A DNA stretch of 64,000 bases from Leucoraja ocellata (taxonomy: Eukaryota): NCBI GenBank assembly GCA_036785375.1, contig JAWMAR010000024.1, positions 4,774,001-4,838,000 on the forward strand, read 5' to 3'. Below, in pieces: positions 61,808-64,000 of this stretch. The first letter of the stretch is position 1, and each line of letters starts with the position of its first letter. The translations under genes and the position numbers were made by a program. The notes under the pieces were generated by a model that saw only the letters and a program-made list of their open reading frames with translations, did not search any database and had not been told where the DNA came from.

Positions 61808-62859
61808 CTAGTAGTGAGGAAAAGGAGGGGAGAAATTATCTGCTCAACATTCGCCGGAAGTATACAAGAAAAGTTACTCCACGCAGTTTCTGACCTAGAA
61901 CCATTCCACGAGCCCTCAGGATGGTGGTGTAACTGCAAACAATCAAGCATTGCCCTGCCAGGTTTCCGAACAGCCCTTCCATTAACTAGGCTACTGTTTG
62001 ATTAACCTCCTGCCTCATTGAGGACATTGGACTTTGTCCAAAGAACTGATGCGCTACAATGCATTACAATGCTGAGAACTATATTCTGCATTATGTATGT
62101 GTTACCCTCTGCTCTATCTATTATACTTGAGTTTGACATATATTATGGCACATTTGATCTGTTTGTATAGTGAGCAAAGCAACGCTTTGAATATAAAACT
62201 GCACATTAAGGACATCCCATTATTAGACCTCCACCACCCTCAGTACAGAGAATTTCAGAGAGAAACTACTCTCTGAGAGAAGATGTGTCAATGTTTTAAA
62301 TGCTGAGACTTTTATAGAACATTGAATGTTGATCAGTACAGCACAGGAACAGTCACTTCACTCCATGATGTCTGTGCCGTCTATGATGCTAACATAAATT
62401 AATCCCCTCTGCCCATGCATGGTCTATATGCCTCCATTCACTGCCTCTTCATGTGCCTAAATGCCTCTTAAACATTGCTGTTGTATTTGCTTCCACCACT
62501 TCCCTTGCCAGTGTGTTCCGGGCACCTACCACTCTCTGTGCATCTGCTTGGCCCACATATCTCTTTTAAGCTTTCCCCTTTGATCGCAGAAACAGGAATA
62601 GCACGCAAGTTTCACATCGATAGAGCCAGAACTCGAGATCAAACCTGGGTCACTGTAGCTTTGAAAAATCAACACTAGTTATTCTACTGCCCTAGTTCTA
62701 CCACATCCCAAGGCAAGTTCCTAGGTGTAGCCCAGAGGCAATGGATTGGACCATAAAATGCCATTGCCCAAGACATTAGAGGCAATAAATTGTATGTTAA
62801 ATCATACTGATAACATTTATTTGGTCTCTCCCTGTTGATCATTCCCTTTGGCTTCCTAC

Positions 62860-63025
62860 CTTTGTTTTCTTTAGCTTGTCTCCATTCCAGCTCTTTTTCC
62901 TGTGATGTGTCATTGATTCCCCTTGTCACCAGTTCAGCAATAGACAAGACCAGGTTTCCATCAGCGGTGTACAGTCTGCGAGCAGGCCTGGTTAGCTTTA
63001 GTCTTTTAGTACACAGGGCAAGCAA
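62860..63025 (-). CDS. DCDC1: DCDC1 internal coding exon (DCX-like domain: LLALCTKRLKLTRPARRLYTADG...KENK)
   Basis: Acceptor cttgccttgatctag, donor AAAG|gtagga, 166 bp (phase 0 to 1). Peptide resembles human DCDC1 as recalled: LLTECTEQLGLARAASKVYTKDG. Confidence 0.88.
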
Positions 63026-64000
63026 CTAGATCAAGGCAAGTAGGGGGTTAGCACAAATATACGCACTGAGAAAGAAACTATTACTGTCAATGATGTTTGC
63101 GCAGCATTCTTCTCTCTAATACTTAAGAGAGTGATTAACCACTTTAATTTCAATAGTTTAATACTGTTAAATCATCTGAAGAAGGGTCTCAACCCAAGAC
63201 ATCACCTATCCATGTTCTCCAGAGATGCTGCCTAATGCATTGTTGTGTCCTTTAGTTTAATACTGTTGTTGGAACAATGGGCAAAGAGGAAGCAACATAT
63301 AATCCCAGAAATCAATTTTGGCTATATGACAATGTCTCATTAAGTGAAATATTACTTCATCACATCGCTGCCCTTAGAATCGGTGATGTTCAAAAATTCA
63401 TTCTAGTCTTTCCCAGCTGCATGTGGATGTGAAGAGGATGTTTCCACTAGTGGGATAGTATAGGACCAGAGGGTAAGGCCTCAGAATAAACGGCCATTGC
63501 AATCCAACTCATTTCTCCCCCACCCCCACCACAATCAACCTCAGTTACTTCAGCTCCACAGCCATCCATCTTCCCCATCCACCCCTCCCCATCTTGATCC
63601 ACCCTCGAACTGTCTCACCCACCAACTCTCACAATAATCAATTTCTCATCCATCCCTCCTCATCCACACACATTCTCCCATACAATTTTATAAGCTACTA
63701 ATAACAATAATAACATGCTTTGTGATATTCATTAATGACCTGATACAGCATATATTCTATTTGTTTAATAATAGAGTGAGAGTGATTATTAAATGAAACA
63801 GATGTATGTGGATGATATAATGTGGCCAGCTATTGAGAACGGACATTTCTGACAAATGGACAAACAGAACTAGAGTACTGGGTGATTGCTGGTTGGCACG
63901 GACTTGGTGGGCCGAAGGGCCTGTTTTCACGCTGTATCTCTAAACTAAAAATTAAACTAATTAGGCAATTTCCTCTTTCCCCCATTATGAGAATTCACAC

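Overview
Eukaryotic, repeat-rich vertebrate DNA. The repeat families (HE1-like tRNA/V-domain SINEs, CR1/HER1-like LINE tails, Penelope-like elements) point to a cartilaginous fish, probably a skate or ray (inference). The minus strand carries seven phase-compatible coding exons (63025 down to about 30360) from the 3' end of DCDC1. The lower ~30 kb has no recognisable host coding exon and consists of TE debris plus TE-free TAAT-rich islands. Main findings: (1) a 3.2-kb insertion with 13-bp TIRs and a 6-bp TSD (50859-54063) in a DCDC1 intron, carrying an orphan TDP2-like first exon whose donor reads CTAAGT instead of GTAAGT; (2) many ~200-250-bp fold-back Penelope-end insertions with 12-15-bp TSDs and hammerhead-ribozyme-like cores, sometimes on both strands; (3) a decayed 38-bp tandem array of ~3 kb containing AP-1 and E-box motifs; (4) several non-autonomous DNA transposons with resolvable TIRs/TSDs; (5) a very young Tx1/L1-clade insertion. 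All family and gene assignments come from motif recognition and recall, not database searches. Repeat boundaries are approximate unless a TSD is given.
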